Assembly: GCA_026418175.1 (NCBI GenBank)
Contig: JAOABX010000009.1
Coordinates: forward strand, 21,121-85,120
Source: Flavobacteriales bacterium
Lineage (GTDB): Bacteria > Bacteroidota > Bacteroidia > CAIKAF01
Direction: 5' to 3'
DNA: 64,000 nucleotides
The position numbers were made by a program, and so were the translations under genes. Positions 29,657 through 41,538 of the stretch are shown here, piece after piece (the first letter of the stretch is position 1; the number at the start of each line of letters is the position of its first letter). The notes under the pieces are model-generated. The model was not told where the DNA came from and searched no databases. It worked only from the letters and a program-made list of their open reading frames with translations.

Positions 29657-30391
29657 TTATATATCTATTAGTGTCAGCTCCGGGTATTCCACGGGTTCTA
29701 ATACCTCCACGACATTAGGGTCAGATGTTTTGCTGGCAATACGTTTGCTGATGGTATGGGCTTTCATTTGATGATCATCAAATGGTTTCATCATAGTTTG
29801 TAAAGTTACTTGTTCCAAATTAGGATTTAGCCATTCTCTGATATGTTCATAGGGTAAGATGAATGGCATTCGTTGTTTTCGGTTATGAATTTTTGCCATC
29901 AGTGGGTTGGCGGCTGTTGTAATTATACTGAAGGTGTTTAATACTTCGCCTGTTTCTTTATTGACCCAACAATCATAGATACCTCCTAAAAAGAAGAATT
30001 CATTGTTGTTGGGCTGAATATAATAAGGATACTTTTGTTTATTTATTTCACGCCATTCAAAAAATCCTGTAATGGGAATGATACAACGTTGCCTGCGAAT
30101 AGCAGAAGAAAAAGATTTTTTTTCAAAAATTGTTTCGCTTCGGGCATTCAGATTGTTATTTTCAAATTTATCGGCTAATTCACTGTTGGGTGTCCAGTGT
30201 GGAATTAGTCCCCAGCGAAATAATTGAATAATTTCCGGTTGTTGTGAAGTTACTACCGGCCAATAAGGATGCGTAAATCCTGAGGCTACATAGGTAATGG
30301 GTAACTCATGCAGAGTATTTTGAATTTTTGCCTGGGTTAACTTTTCTAATTTTTTAGTGTCTTTATTGGTATATGAAATGGTGAAACACAT
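29657..30391 (-). CDS. SOS response-associated peptidase (SRAP; YedK/HMCES family abasic-site processing protein)
   Basis: Starts Met-Cys (catalytic Cys2 after Met removal). Conserved NARSETIFEKKSFSSAIRRQRCIIPITGFFEW and FSIITTAANPLMAKIHNRKQRMPFIL blocks. Confidence 0.85.
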   Translation of the reverse strand: MCFTISYTNKDTKKLEKLTQAKIQNTLHELPITYVASGFTHPYWPVVTSQQPEIIQLFRWGLIPHWTPNSELADKFENNNLNARSETIFEKKSFSSAIRRQRCIIPITGFFEWREINKQKYPYYIQPNNNEFFFLGGIYDCWVNKETGEVLNTFSIITTAANPLMAKIHNRKQRMPFILPYEHIREWLNPNLEQVTLQTMMKPFDDHQMKAHTISKRIASKTSDPNVVEVLEPVEYPELTLIDI

Positions 30392-30473
30392 GATTTCAAA
30401 TGGTTATAATTTAAATAAACAAAATAAAAGGCTTTATAAATTCTTTTACAAAATAAACTATACCATGTCTGTA

Positions 30474-30514
30474 TTGAAAAAAAGGTTGTCTTATAGTTGT
30501 GAGACAACCTTTTA
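30474..30514 (-). terminator. Rho-independent terminator of katG (9-bp perfect stem AGGTTGTCT/AGACAACCT, 10-nt loop, U-run on the minus strand)
   Basis: Seen in sequence 26 nt downstream of the katG stop. Confidence 0.65.
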
Positions 30515-30539
30515 AATTTTTTGAAAAAATTCTTCCTAT

Positions 30540-33145
<2,606 letters not shown>

Positions 33146-33194
33146 AATATATAAATTTTACGCAAAGATAATTATTCTTATTTAGAAAAAAAAA

Positions 33195-33216
33195 TTATAT
33201 GATAATAATTTAAATT
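33195..33216 (-). promoter_or_regulatory. Fur-box-like AT-rich dyad TTATATGATAATAATTTAAATT ~50-70 bp upstream of the fur-katG operon
   Basis: Resembles the GATAAT hexamer arrangement of Fur/PerR boxes. The whole intergenic region is extremely AT-rich, so specificity is weak. Confidence 0.25.
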
Positions 33217-33276
33217 AAATTTTAAAAATTTTCAACATAAATGTGTATAATAAATAAAAAGAATAATACTTAATGA

Positions 33277-34755
33277 TTATCGTTCAAAAGCTCCTAGGTC
33301 AGGCTTCCCATTCCATAACCTGTTACTACCTTTCAGGTCAAATAGTAATTGGTTGATATTATTGATTACAAAACCGGGATCACCTTGGTTTATAGCTGAT
33401 GAATTTTCCTTTAATCGAAAGTCTTGTATGAAAGTATCTTCAAATCTTGGGTCGGTATTCTTTATAATTTGATTAAAGCGTGTAATATCACTGGTGTTTA
33501 CTTCCGGGTCTATTTTAAGCAAGCAATGGTCGAAAGTAAAATTCAAAGCTGTAGTTGTTACATAATCCCATCCCACTTCATTGTCGGCGTTGCCATAAAA
33601 AATACTGTTATAAAACTTTGCGTTTAAAGGTTGAGATAAAACGATATTATCTGAGGGCCGTACATAAAAATTATTCATGAATAATGCCGGGAAACGCCGG
33701 GTGCTCCTACTCCAGTAATTAACAATGGTTGAATGATACAGTTCAATATTACCGCCAAAAGCAAACACAGTAGAATATTGGCCGCAGTTATTTACCAGCA
33801 AATTATATGCTCGTAAATTAAAATTATTGCTGTATATTCCCAATCCACTCATGTTTCGTATCTGAACATTTTCCAGAATTACTTGATTGGGTGTACCCGG
33901 TGAGCCGTTTATTGCATCCAGGTTATCACATTGCAACCCAATAAACCCATTTTTAATAATCGCATTTCGTATGATGTTGTTGGTACTTCCTTCATTAATC
34001 AATATGCGATCCCATTGGCCGGGTGTTTCTCTGTATTTGTATTCTAAACGGGTACCTTCAAAAACAACCGGATTGTCTCGTTCTCCAAGTACTTGTAAAG
34101 TACCATTCTTATATACCCAAAGTGCCCCATTATTAAAAAAATGAACGCGTACTCCGGGCTGAATTGTTAGTTTGCAATCACTATCTATTACAGCCCATCC
34201 TACAATTACATAGGGCTTTTCGGCAGTCCATACCATGTTGCACGGAATAACGGAGTAGGGAATACCTGGACCTGCTAATGTATCTGTAGGATAAAAATAG
34301 TGTGCATCTTGGCCAAAGGCTGCCAAGATATTTCGCTTGCTTTGTGTACCCGTTTCAATGACTACACTATCTAATACAATCAAAGGCTGTGTTTGATTGT
34401 TCGGGTCAAGCGTTACTTCCACAAATACATACAGGCTGTCATTTCCATCTAACTCAACATTTATAACCTCGTTGTTACTGTTACCAGGCACACCATTCAC
34501 ATTAAAACGGTAGGGCGAATTACTACCGCCACCTATGAAAATACGATCAAATTTTACAGGCTGGCTACCCGTATTGCGTATAAGAAAAACTTCGGTATGC
34601 GATCCCATTTGAGTAAAAACCGTATCAAACAATACAGTATCGCGGGAAAAACTTATTTGCGTAAGAGTTCCGTTTTCCAACTGGTTACATGAAAGGGAAC
34701 CTACCCCAAAACTTAGTACTGTAAACAGAACTATTCCTGATAGAATATATCGCAC
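33277..34755 (-). CDS. Secreted protein with probable right-handed parallel beta-helix (pectin-lyase-like) repeats
   Basis: GTG start, signal peptide, repetitive N-x-x-(I/V/L) beta-helix-like segments (…NIIRNAIIKNGFIGLQCDN…VILENVQIRNMSGLGIYSNN…). Confidence 0.55.
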   Translation of the reverse strand: MRYILSGIVLFTVLSFGVGSLSCNQLENGTLTQISFSRDTVLFDTVFTQMGSHTEVFLIRNTGSQPVKFDRIFIGGGSNSPYRFNVNGVPGNSNNEVINVELDGNDSLYVFVEVTLDPNNQTQPLIVLDSVVIETGTQSKRNILAAFGQDAHYFYPTDTLAGPGIPYSVIPCNMVWTAEKPYVIVGWAVIDSDCKLTIQPGVRVHFFNNGALWVYKNGTLQVLGERDNPVVFEGTRLEYKYRETPGQWDRILINEGSTNNIIRNAIIKNGFIGLQCDNLDAINGSPGTPNQVILENVQIRNMSGLGIYSNNFNLRAYNLLVNNCGQYSTVFAFGGNIELYHSTIVNYWSRSTRRFPALFMNNFYVRPSDNIVLSQPLNAKFYNSIFYGNADNEVGWDYVTTTALNFTFDHCLLKIDPEVNTSDITRFNQIIKNTDPRFEDTFIQDFRLKENSSAINQGDPGFVINNINQLLFDLKGSNRLWNGKPDLGAFER

Positions 34756-34884
34756 GGTAAATGGTTATTCGATTGTAAAACTGTTAATTTTTATGATTAT
34801 TGCAAAATGATAATAAATAGGAATGTATCATTATAATTTAAAAAGTTATAAAAGGTAATTTTTAAAAATATTAAATAAGAAATA

Positions 34885-37344
34885 CTAAAATTCAAACTTA
34901 AAATTAAATACAGGCATTATACCAAACATGTAAGCAGTTCGCACTTCTTGGGTGTATGGATCGTAAAAATACCGGTTGACGTTAAGTCGGTTGGTTATGT
35001 TCTGTACCTCGGCCGAAATGCTGAATGCCCATTTCCGAAAGTTAAATCGAATATGCGTAGAGATATCCATTCGGAAATAATCTGGTACCCGCTTGCTGAA
35101 AGCTTGGTCGGTATAAAGTACTTCCCGTCCTTGCAATATAGAAGCGGCTGTATCAATGGGTGTGTATCGGTTGCCACCCCGCCAAATTATCCGGGCATTG
35201 ATACCCCAGCTGCTTTGCCGGCTTTTACCAAAACGTAGCTCATACCCTCCCAATGCATTCAGCATGTAGTTAGCATTAAACCGAGAATTATACCAAATTC
35301 CATCCCCCATGCTGTATTCTGATTGAAACAAAGAGCCGGTAAGCAAAAAGAAATAATTTTTTGAAAAGAATTTTTCCAACGTAATTTCTATCCCATAATT
35401 TCTTCCTAGCCCTTTGTTTTCATAAGGAATACGAGCCACCTCGGCACTGGCATTCAAAATACTTACAATGCTGCCACTCGTAGTATCTACCGGTACATTG
35501 TATAGGTACTGAAAATACACTTCAGTTTTTAAGCGCATATTTTCCCAAAAACTCCAATCATATCCGGCTACCGTATGCACAGAGCGGGTTAAGTCTAAAT
35601 TTCGGTTGGGTTGAATAAAATTTACAGTATCGGTGTATATCCGGCTCATGTAGTTTGAAATTGGTTCGATACGGCTATGTATACCGGCACCCAAATTCAG
35701 CGTATGGCGTGGTTTTATCTTCCATTGCAAACCCATGCGAGGTTCAACGGCAAAACGATTATTTAACAGTAATAGGCTTTGATGAAAGCCGGTATTAAGG
35801 TCCAGCTTATCAGTAATTCTGAATTTCCATTGAGCATACGTCTGTAACAAGCCAGTATTACCGCTTTCATCTACAAACGTACCATTTTGTCCGGTTTGCA
35901 GTATCAGCCCTCTCGACAAGATGTTATAAAAATACTGACTATAAATCACACCGGCACGTAAAACATGCCTTGCATTAAATTTATGGTTTACAAACATATT
36001 AGCCCGTCCGGTGTAATAGATATAGCGATCTTGATAAGCAGTATGTGCTGTGTAGTTCTGATCCAGTGAATCCAGCCGGTATTCCAGATGTTCGCCCGAA
36101 AATGCCACAATGGTTTTAAGATAGGTTTTTTGGTTGCTAAACAGGTAGGTATGGGTAATACCAGTGGCTCCGATTACTTGAAAGTTATGATCTTCAAACC
36201 GATCGCTGCGTAGTTCCCATTGCAGCGAATCTTTTTTGGCAATCTCTCCAGCTTTCGAAATTCCACCCAGTCCCCAAAAAGTAAAGGTTCCTGCTTTTTT
36301 TGTAGGGAAATAAAAATTATAACTCAGGTCCTGAAATTCTGGCACCAGCGCATTGTCTACAATTTTCAATCCAAGAGCATTTAGTAACACAAGGGTAGAG
36401 TAGCGGTAGTTAATCAGGTAGGAACCGTTATATTTTTTTGTGAAAGGCCCTTCCAGCGATGCTTGCAGGCCAAGCACTCCTACTTGAAATGCATATTCGC
36501 GTTTGTCGTAATTCCCTTTTCGAAAGCGAATATCAAATACTCCCGACAAAGCATTGCCATATTCGGCCGGAAATGCGCCGGTAAAAAAATCGCTGCTACC
36601 CAATACCTGACTGCTTAAGATGCTGATGCCTCCTCCTGAACCACCTTCACCATTACTAAAATGATTGGGATTAGGAATTTCAATACCTTCTACCCGCCAC
36701 AGCATTCCTCGGGCCGAATTTCCCCGAATGATGATTTCATTGCTGGCATCATTACTGGTACTCACTCCGGCAAACGAAACAGCCATTCTCGCCGGGTCAT
36801 TAAAGCTGGCAGCATATCGCTGTGTTTCTTCCACGTTAAAGGTTCGGGCACTAACAGTAGCCATGTCGTTTAGTGGCTTTTCTTTCTCGTTGTTGGCACT
36901 AATAGTAATTCCTTCAATTTCTTTAACCCGTTCAGCCATTTCAATAGTTAATACCAATTCTTTCCCAGTAGCTACATTTAGCTGATGTAGTGTTACCTCT
37001 TCATAACCCAGGTACGTAATGCGTATATCATATCGTCCTACCGGCACTTTTTCCAGCTTAAAAAAACCCTCATCGTCAGTAGTAGTACCTAACAGCGGGC
37101 TGGTTTTCAATATCACTACCGTAGCTCCCGGTAGGGGCGTTTTGGTATCTCGGTCCATTACTCTCCCTTTTACGGTTTGGGTATAGTTTTGAGTCCATCC
37201 AATTATCGTATGTATGAAAAGTGAGATTATTATCAGAAATATACGGATGCCTATTCCGTCTTCGGCTTCAAGTCCTCGCGGCTTATCCGTGGTTGCATGG
37301 TCGCAGCAGGGTCTTCCTGCCGTCAGCCCTGCCACTCCCTGCAT
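34885..37344 (-). CDS. TonB-dependent outer-membrane receptor with N-terminal carboxypeptidase-regulatory-like domain. Start uncertain: 37344 is the most upstream plausible ATG; the hydrophobic signal segment begins near 37245
   Basis: TVKGRVMDRDTKTPLPGATVVI (CarbopepD_reg). Plug and 22-strand barrel ending …FNFKFEF. The ORF track extends further upstream through a GC-rich element with no sensible N-terminus. Confidence 0.8.
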   Translation of the reverse strand: MQGVAGLTAGRPCCDHATTDKPRGLEAEDGIGIRIFLIIISLFIHTIIGWTQNYTQTVKGRVMDRDTKTPLPGATVVILKTSPLLGTTTDDEGFFKLEKVPVGRYDIRITYLGYEEVTLHQLNVATGKELVLTIEMAERVKEIEGITISANNEKEKPLNDMATVSARTFNVEETQRYAASFNDPARMAVSFAGVSTSNDASNEIIIRGNSARGMLWRVEGIEIPNPNHFSNGEGGSGGGISILSSQVLGSSDFFTGAFPAEYGNALSGVFDIRFRKGNYDKREYAFQVGVLGLQASLEGPFTKKYNGSYLINYRYSTLVLLNALGLKIVDNALVPEFQDLSYNFYFPTKKAGTFTFWGLGGISKAGEIAKKDSLQWELRSDRFEDHNFQVIGATGITHTYLFSNQKTYLKTIVAFSGEHLEYRLDSLDQNYTAHTAYQDRYIYYTGRANMFVNHKFNARHVLRAGVIYSQYFYNILSRGLILQTGQNGTFVDESGNTGLLQTYAQWKFRITDKLDLNTGFHQSLLLLNNRFAVEPRMGLQWKIKPRHTLNLGAGIHSRIEPISNYMSRIYTDTVNFIQPNRNLDLTRSVHTVAGYDWSFWENMRLKTEVYFQYLYNVPVDTTSGSIVSILNASAEVARIPYENKGLGRNYGIEITLEKFFSKNYFFLLTGSLFQSEYSMGDGIWYNSRFNANYMLNALGGYELRFGKSRQSSWGINARIIWRGGNRYTPIDTAASILQGREVLYTDQAFSKRVPDYFRMDISTHIRFNFRKWAFSISAEVQNITNRLNVNRYFYDPYTQEVRTAYMFGIMPVFNFKFEF

Positions 37345-37360
37345 CCACAAGCTTAGCCGC
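37278..37360 (-). promoter_or_regulatory. GC-rich structured 5' leader element (extended imperfect hairpin of three stacked helices) upstream of the TonB-dependent receptor
   Basis: About 140 nt (37250-37400) conspicuously GC-rich in an AT-rich genome. Minus-strand RNA pairs GCGGCU/AGCCGC, then UUGUGG·AUGCA with UGCAA·CCACGG, then the apical hairpin CGGCAGG-AAGAC-CCUGCUG. A TAnnTTTG-like -7 element (TACTTTTG) lies further upstream near 37420. Confidence 0.35.
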
Positions 37361-37462
37361 TCCGGGCTTTTTGCCTGCGCCGGGGCATTTTTAAACATCT
37401 TTTTAAAAGTATTGTTACATTGCATCACACAAACAAAAGTATAAACACTTAAATTATTATTC

Positions 37463-38302
37463 ATGAAAAATATCATTCTAAGTTCACTCTTAAGTATAGC
37501 AGTTACTATCACTCAAGCTCAGATTAACATTCCACAGCCCAGCCCACTCAGCACTGTATCGCAAAAAGTGGGACTGGTAGATGTTAGTATCACATATTCT
37601 CGTCCTAGTGCCAAAGGCCGAAAAATATTTGGCGAATTGGTACCTTATGATAAACTGTGGCGCACCGGTGCTAATATGGCCACAAAGCTCACTGTAAGTG
37701 ATTCAGTTAAAATTGCTCATTTCTGGGTACCCAAAGGTGAGTATGCCATCTTTACGGTTCCGGGCCCAATGGAGTGGATAGTTATCATTAGCAAACAAGC
37801 AAATCTTTCTGGTATTAATGGTTATCAAGAAACCGAAGATGTGGGCCGATTTAAGGTAAAGCCCGTCGGTACTTTATTTACCGAAACATTTACCATCAAT
37901 TTTGCTAATGTTACTACCAAATCAGCCGAAATTCAAATGGAATGGGAAACTACTCGTATCAGCTTCCCTATAGTTACTGAACCTGATCGCGTAGTGATGA
38001 AAAATATAGAATTGGCATTAAATATACCCGGACGTAATTATTACCAGGCTGCCAACTATTATTATGAAAACGATAAAGACCTTAATAAAGCTTTGGAGTG
38101 GATAAATATGGCAATTACTAACAATTACGAGCGTTACTGGGTATTGCGTGTAAAATCATTAATTCAAGCCAAACTGGGCGATTACAAAGGGGCCATAACT
38201 ACCGCAGAACGTTCTATCGAATTAGCCAAAAAAGACAATGACGAGGCCTATGTAAAAATGAATGAAGAATCTATTAAAGAATGGAAGAAAAAATTAAAGT
38301 AA
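37463..38302 (+). CDS. DUF2911-family exported protein with C-terminal TPR-like region
   Basis: Signal peptide; …VSITYSRPSAKGRKIFGELVPYDKLWRTGANMATK… matches my memory of DUF2911. Confidence 0.65.
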   Translation: MKNIILSSLLSIAVTITQAQINIPQPSPLSTVSQKVGLVDVSITYSRPSAKGRKIFGELVPYDKLWRTGANMATKLTVSDSVKIAHFWVPKGEYAIFTVPGPMEWIVIISKQANLSGINGYQETEDVGRFKVKPVGTLFTETFTINFANVTTKSAEIQMEWETTRISFPIVTEPDRVVMKNIELALNIPGRNYYQAANYYYENDKDLNKALEWINMAITNNYERYWVLRVKSLIQAKLGDYKGAITTAERSIELAKKDNDEAYVKMNEESIKEWKKKLK

Positions 38303-38350
38303 TTTTTGGATATTAAAACTTACTAATTTTTGACTTTCTAATCTGTTTAT

Positions 38351-39454
38351 ATGGTTTTAAAGAATACACTCTTTTACATTCTTACATTTATTTCATGGGT
38401 TTTTCAATTAAATGCACAAAATTATTGTCTTCGGTTTAGAGGTAACGGCAGTGGAGATATTGACCGGATTAAAATTCCCATTGATGATCCTGAAAATAAG
38501 GTAGATATTGGCCAATCGTTCACTATTGAATTTTTCATTCGAGCATTACTTTCCGAAAATCCATTAGGTATTTCTGCTGTTTCTGGTAACAATGATGATT
38601 GGACTTTGGGACATACTATAATTGACCGCGATATTTTTGGTGCAGGTGATTATGGAGATTATGGTATTTCATTGGCTAATGGTCGAATAGCTTTTGGAGT
38701 TAACAATGGAACAGATTCATATACTTTAATCGGAAACACCTTTGTTGCTAACAATGTTTGGCATCACATTGCTGTTACCCGAAATCACATCACAGGCGAA
38801 ATGAGCATTTTTATGGATGGAATATTGGATGTTTCATACGTTAGTAATGTAACAGGAAATATAAGTTATCGAAACAATCGTCCAACTGCATGGCCCAATG
38901 ATCCCTATTTAATTATTGGTGCTGAAAAACATGATTACGATAATACACAATATCCCTCATATAGCGGATATTTCGATGAGTTTCGAATTTCAAATACCAT
39001 CCGTTATACCACTAATTTTACACCTGCTACTCGGTTTATAGATGATGCGCAAACCATACTTTTGTATCATTTCGACGAAGGAGTAGGTAATATAATTCAA
39101 GACTCAGCCATCTATATTGGCACCACCGTTCCAGCTATTCGTATGTATGGAGGGAATCCGGCAGGTCCTGATTGGGTATTAAGAGATTCTTTGCAAATTA
39201 CAGGGATAGACAATAATAAAATACATGAATTTTTTCAACTTAACCTATTCCCTAATCCAGCCAATGATGTAGTACAGGTATATGTGAGTGAACCAGTAAT
39301 AATGGAATGCTATGACCTAACTGGAAGATGCATAGAAAAGTTTCACTTAAATAAGGGAATAAATAACATAAATGTAATGTCATGGCCAATGGGTGTCTAT
39401 TATTTTCATACTTCCATTGGACCAAGTCAACATGTAAAATTGCTGAAAAGATAA
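38351..39454 (+). CDS. LamG/concanavalin-A-like lectin-fold domain protein with T9SS C-terminal sorting domain
   Basis: Signal peptide; central region …NNVWHHIAVTRNHITGEMSIFMDG… typical of LamG/laminin-G-like folds; CTD LFPNPANDVVQVYVSEP…GVYYFHT. Confidence 0.75.
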   Translation: MVLKNTLFYILTFISWVFQLNAQNYCLRFRGNGSGDIDRIKIPIDDPENKVDIGQSFTIEFFIRALLSENPLGISAVSGNNDDWTLGHTIIDRDIFGAGDYGDYGISLANGRIAFGVNNGTDSYTLIGNTFVANNVWHHIAVTRNHITGEMSIFMDGILDVSYVSNVTGNISYRNNRPTAWPNDPYLIIGAEKHDYDNTQYPSYSGYFDEFRISNTIRYTTNFTPATRFIDDAQTILLYHFDEGVGNIIQDSAIYIGTTVPAIRMYGGNPAGPDWVLRDSLQITGIDNNKIHEFFQLNLFPNPANDVVQVYVSEPVIMECYDLTGRCIEKFHLNKGINNINVMSWPMGVYYFHTSIGPSQHVKLLKR

Positions 39455-39523
39455 TTATGACAAATTATATATTGGACTTAAGAAATTTAGTGTAGATAGA
39501 GTTTTTAGTTTTCTTAAAAAAAT

Positions 39524-40051
39524 TTATTCAAGACGCAGCCCCCTTCGCTCAAATTCAATTTTATATTTTTTCAGTTCTTCCGTTGAAAGTTTATTGGACT
39601 CTTTGTTCTCCTTTAAAATTTTACTTAATTCTTCATCACTTATTTGCTTAAGTGAATTTGTAGAAGAGCTTTGTAACATTCTTTTTAATTCTTCAATTTG
39701 AGCTTGTTGTTCTAAAGTATGTAACCATAAAATCTCCAAGGCTACCCATTGCTGTGAAACTAACTTTTCCAAAGGTATTTTGGAATATTTTTCCCACGAC
39801 TTCCTGGAGTCAATGTAGGGCAAATGACGATTGGCTTTAATAAACTTTTCTGCATCCTGCAGCGAATAAATTTTAAAATCAGGATGTTTTGCAGCATCAA
39901 TGGAATTCATTTTTCCATCATAATACCAATCAAAAACGTAATCAGAAATATCTATTGCTTGTTGATTAGAATGACGCAAATTAAGCCAAAGGATAGTAAT
40001 ATTTGATGTTATGAATAAAGCACCAATAATAATTAATGAATATCTTTTCAT
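39524..40051 (-). CDS. Hypothetical N-terminally membrane-anchored protein (175 aa) with coiled-coil C-terminus
   Basis: Single N-terminal hydrophobic helix; no recognisable domain. Confidence 0.5.
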   Translation of the reverse strand: MKRYSLIIIGALFITSNITILWLNLRHSNQQAIDISDYVFDWYYDGKMNSIDAAKHPDFKIYSLQDAEKFIKANRHLPYIDSRKSWEKYSKIPLEKLVSQQWVALEILWLHTLEQQAQIEELKRMLQSSSTNSLKQISDEELSKILKENKESNKLSTEELKKYKIEFERRGLRLE

Positions 40052-40080
40052 AATTCTATAATTTCAGTATATGTAAAAAA

Positions 40081-41199
40081 TTAAATTGCTGTTCCGGTGA
40101 AACGAAATACCGGCCTGATATTATTCGAAATAAACAATGTCCATGCATTATAGGTACATGCACCTGTAACCCCGTCATTATATCCACCATAGGCCATGTT
40201 TGCTCCTACTGTTTCGCAGAAAACACCATAATTAGCAGAATATGAACCATTATCAAAGCAAATTTCTACTAATAAATTGGATGTGCCATCCCAAAAGAAT
40301 GGGGTAGAAAAGGTGAACGTATTCCATCCTACTACCGGACAACTACTTCCAACTGTTAGTACAGTAGTAGTTCCTGCTTCATAAGCAGTTAATGTAGTTG
40401 AAGTTGTATTTTTAAGACTGAATGTTAATCCACTCATACAAGGACTGCCGGTAGCAGAAACGTTTAAATGAATAGCTGTTAAATTTCCGGCACAAAATCC
40501 TGCAGCCGTCATTTGAGCAGCAGTAATAATATATTGTCTGCGTGTATCATGCCAAAAAGTAGAGAAGGGGGTTTCGTTTGAATTTGTATTTGCAGTGCCG
40601 GGCCCCCCAACTGTCCTAACTTGTCCTGCAGTGCAGCAAGCTCCAGAAAGTACAGTTATGGTATTAGAGTTTGAGGAAGTTCCACAAGCATTTTGTGCAC
40701 GAACCCGATAGTAATAGGTTGTTCCACAAGTTAATCCTGTAACATTAAAAGATAATACATTTCCTACATTTAATCCATTATATCCAGGAACAAACGTTGC
40801 AAAAGTGGGTGAAGTTGAAACATCCAATAAGTATGCGGTTGCCAAAGGGGATGCCAACCAGTTAGCTGTAAACTGTGTCGGTGTTATTCCAGTGGCGGCA
40901 TTAGCAGCAGGCGTTGAAAGTGATACGGATACCCACTGGCTTCCATTGTAGTAGTTAATGTCATTACAGGTTGTATTATAAATTACAAGCCCAGTTGCCG
41001 GAGAGGCAATGGCATTACGCTGGGCAGTAGTCATTCGGGGTGCAAGAAATCCTTTATTGGTACTGGATACATCTAAAATAGATGATGCATGACCAGGGGC
41101 TCCGGTTTCATTAATTGCCACATTTTGTGAAAGCAAAGTAAATGGAAAAGCTATCCAAAAAAAGCTCAAAACAAATGTTTTAATTTTTATGTTTTTCAT
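40081..41199 (-). CDS. Secreted hypothetical protein with a conserved N-terminal motif block and a fibronectin-III-like domain
   Basis: Signal peptide; …ILDVSSTNKGFLAPRMTTAQRNAIASPATGLVIYNTT…; Fn3-like …TGLTCGTTYYYRVRAQNACGTSSNSNTITV…. Confidence 0.55.
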   Translation of the reverse strand: MKNIKIKTFVLSFFWIAFPFTLLSQNVAINETGAPGHASSILDVSSTNKGFLAPRMTTAQRNAIASPATGLVIYNTTCNDINYYNGSQWVSVSLSTPAANAATGITPTQFTANWLASPLATAYLLDVSTSPTFATFVPGYNGLNVGNVLSFNVTGLTCGTTYYYRVRAQNACGTSSNSNTITVLSGACCTAGQVRTVGGPGTANTNSNETPFSTFWHDTRRQYIITAAQMTAAGFCAGNLTAIHLNVSATGSPCMSGLTFSLKNTTSTTLTAYEAGTTTVLTVGSSCPVVGWNTFTFSTPFFWDGTSNLLVEICFDNGSYSANYGVFCETVGANMAYGGYNDGVTGACTYNAWTLFISNNIRPVFRFTGTAI

Positions 41200-41224
41200 T
41201 TTGGAATATATAATTTAATCAAAT

Positions 41225-41536
41225 TTATAATGAATTAATAAAATTCTCAAATTCATGTACAATTTTAATTAACTTTTTTTCTTTTGCAATTTTCATCCCT
41301 TTCATAGCGTATGTTTTAGCTACATCTGTTAGGTCAATATTAGCATAAATCGAAGCAAGTTGGTAGTATGCTGCCTCATTTTTGGGGTCAAGTTGTATTG
41401 TTTGTTGAAAATAGTTAATTGCTTCCACAAAATCTTTTTCGGCTAATGCTTCCATTCCTAAGGCATACTTAATAAACGCGTCCTCAGGATTATCATTTAA
41501 CATATCTAATAATTTAATTTTTCTTTGATTAGTCAT
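41225..41536 (-). CDS. Small tetratricopeptide-repeat protein (103 aa), 2 nt downstream of the ALDH gene
   Basis: TPR-like …AINYFQQTIQLDPKNEAAYYQLASIYANI…. Confidence 0.6.
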   Translation of the reverse strand: MTNQRKIKLLDMLNDNPEDAFIKYALGMEALAEKDFVEAINYFQQTIQLDPKNEAAYYQLASIYANIDLTDVAKTYAMKGMKIAKEKKLIKIVHEFENFINSL

Positions 41537-41538
41537 AT

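Noticed and set aside
33146-33276. Possible small RNA or mobile-element remnant in the extremely AT-rich 130-nt fur-upstream gap
   Set aside because: No inverted-repeat termini, no hairpin/terminator structure, and no ORF. It is best explained as an AT-rich promoter/operator region.
37250-37400. Firm identification of the GC-rich leader as a cobalamin (B12) riboswitch
   Set aside because: Only a short GAAGACC(C)UGC / GCUGACG resemblance to the B12-box region. The element (~85-nt hairpin) is far shorter than canonical AdoCbl riboswitches, and I cannot place the conserved GGGAA/GGUG/CCACUG helices. It is kept as an unassigned structured leader instead.
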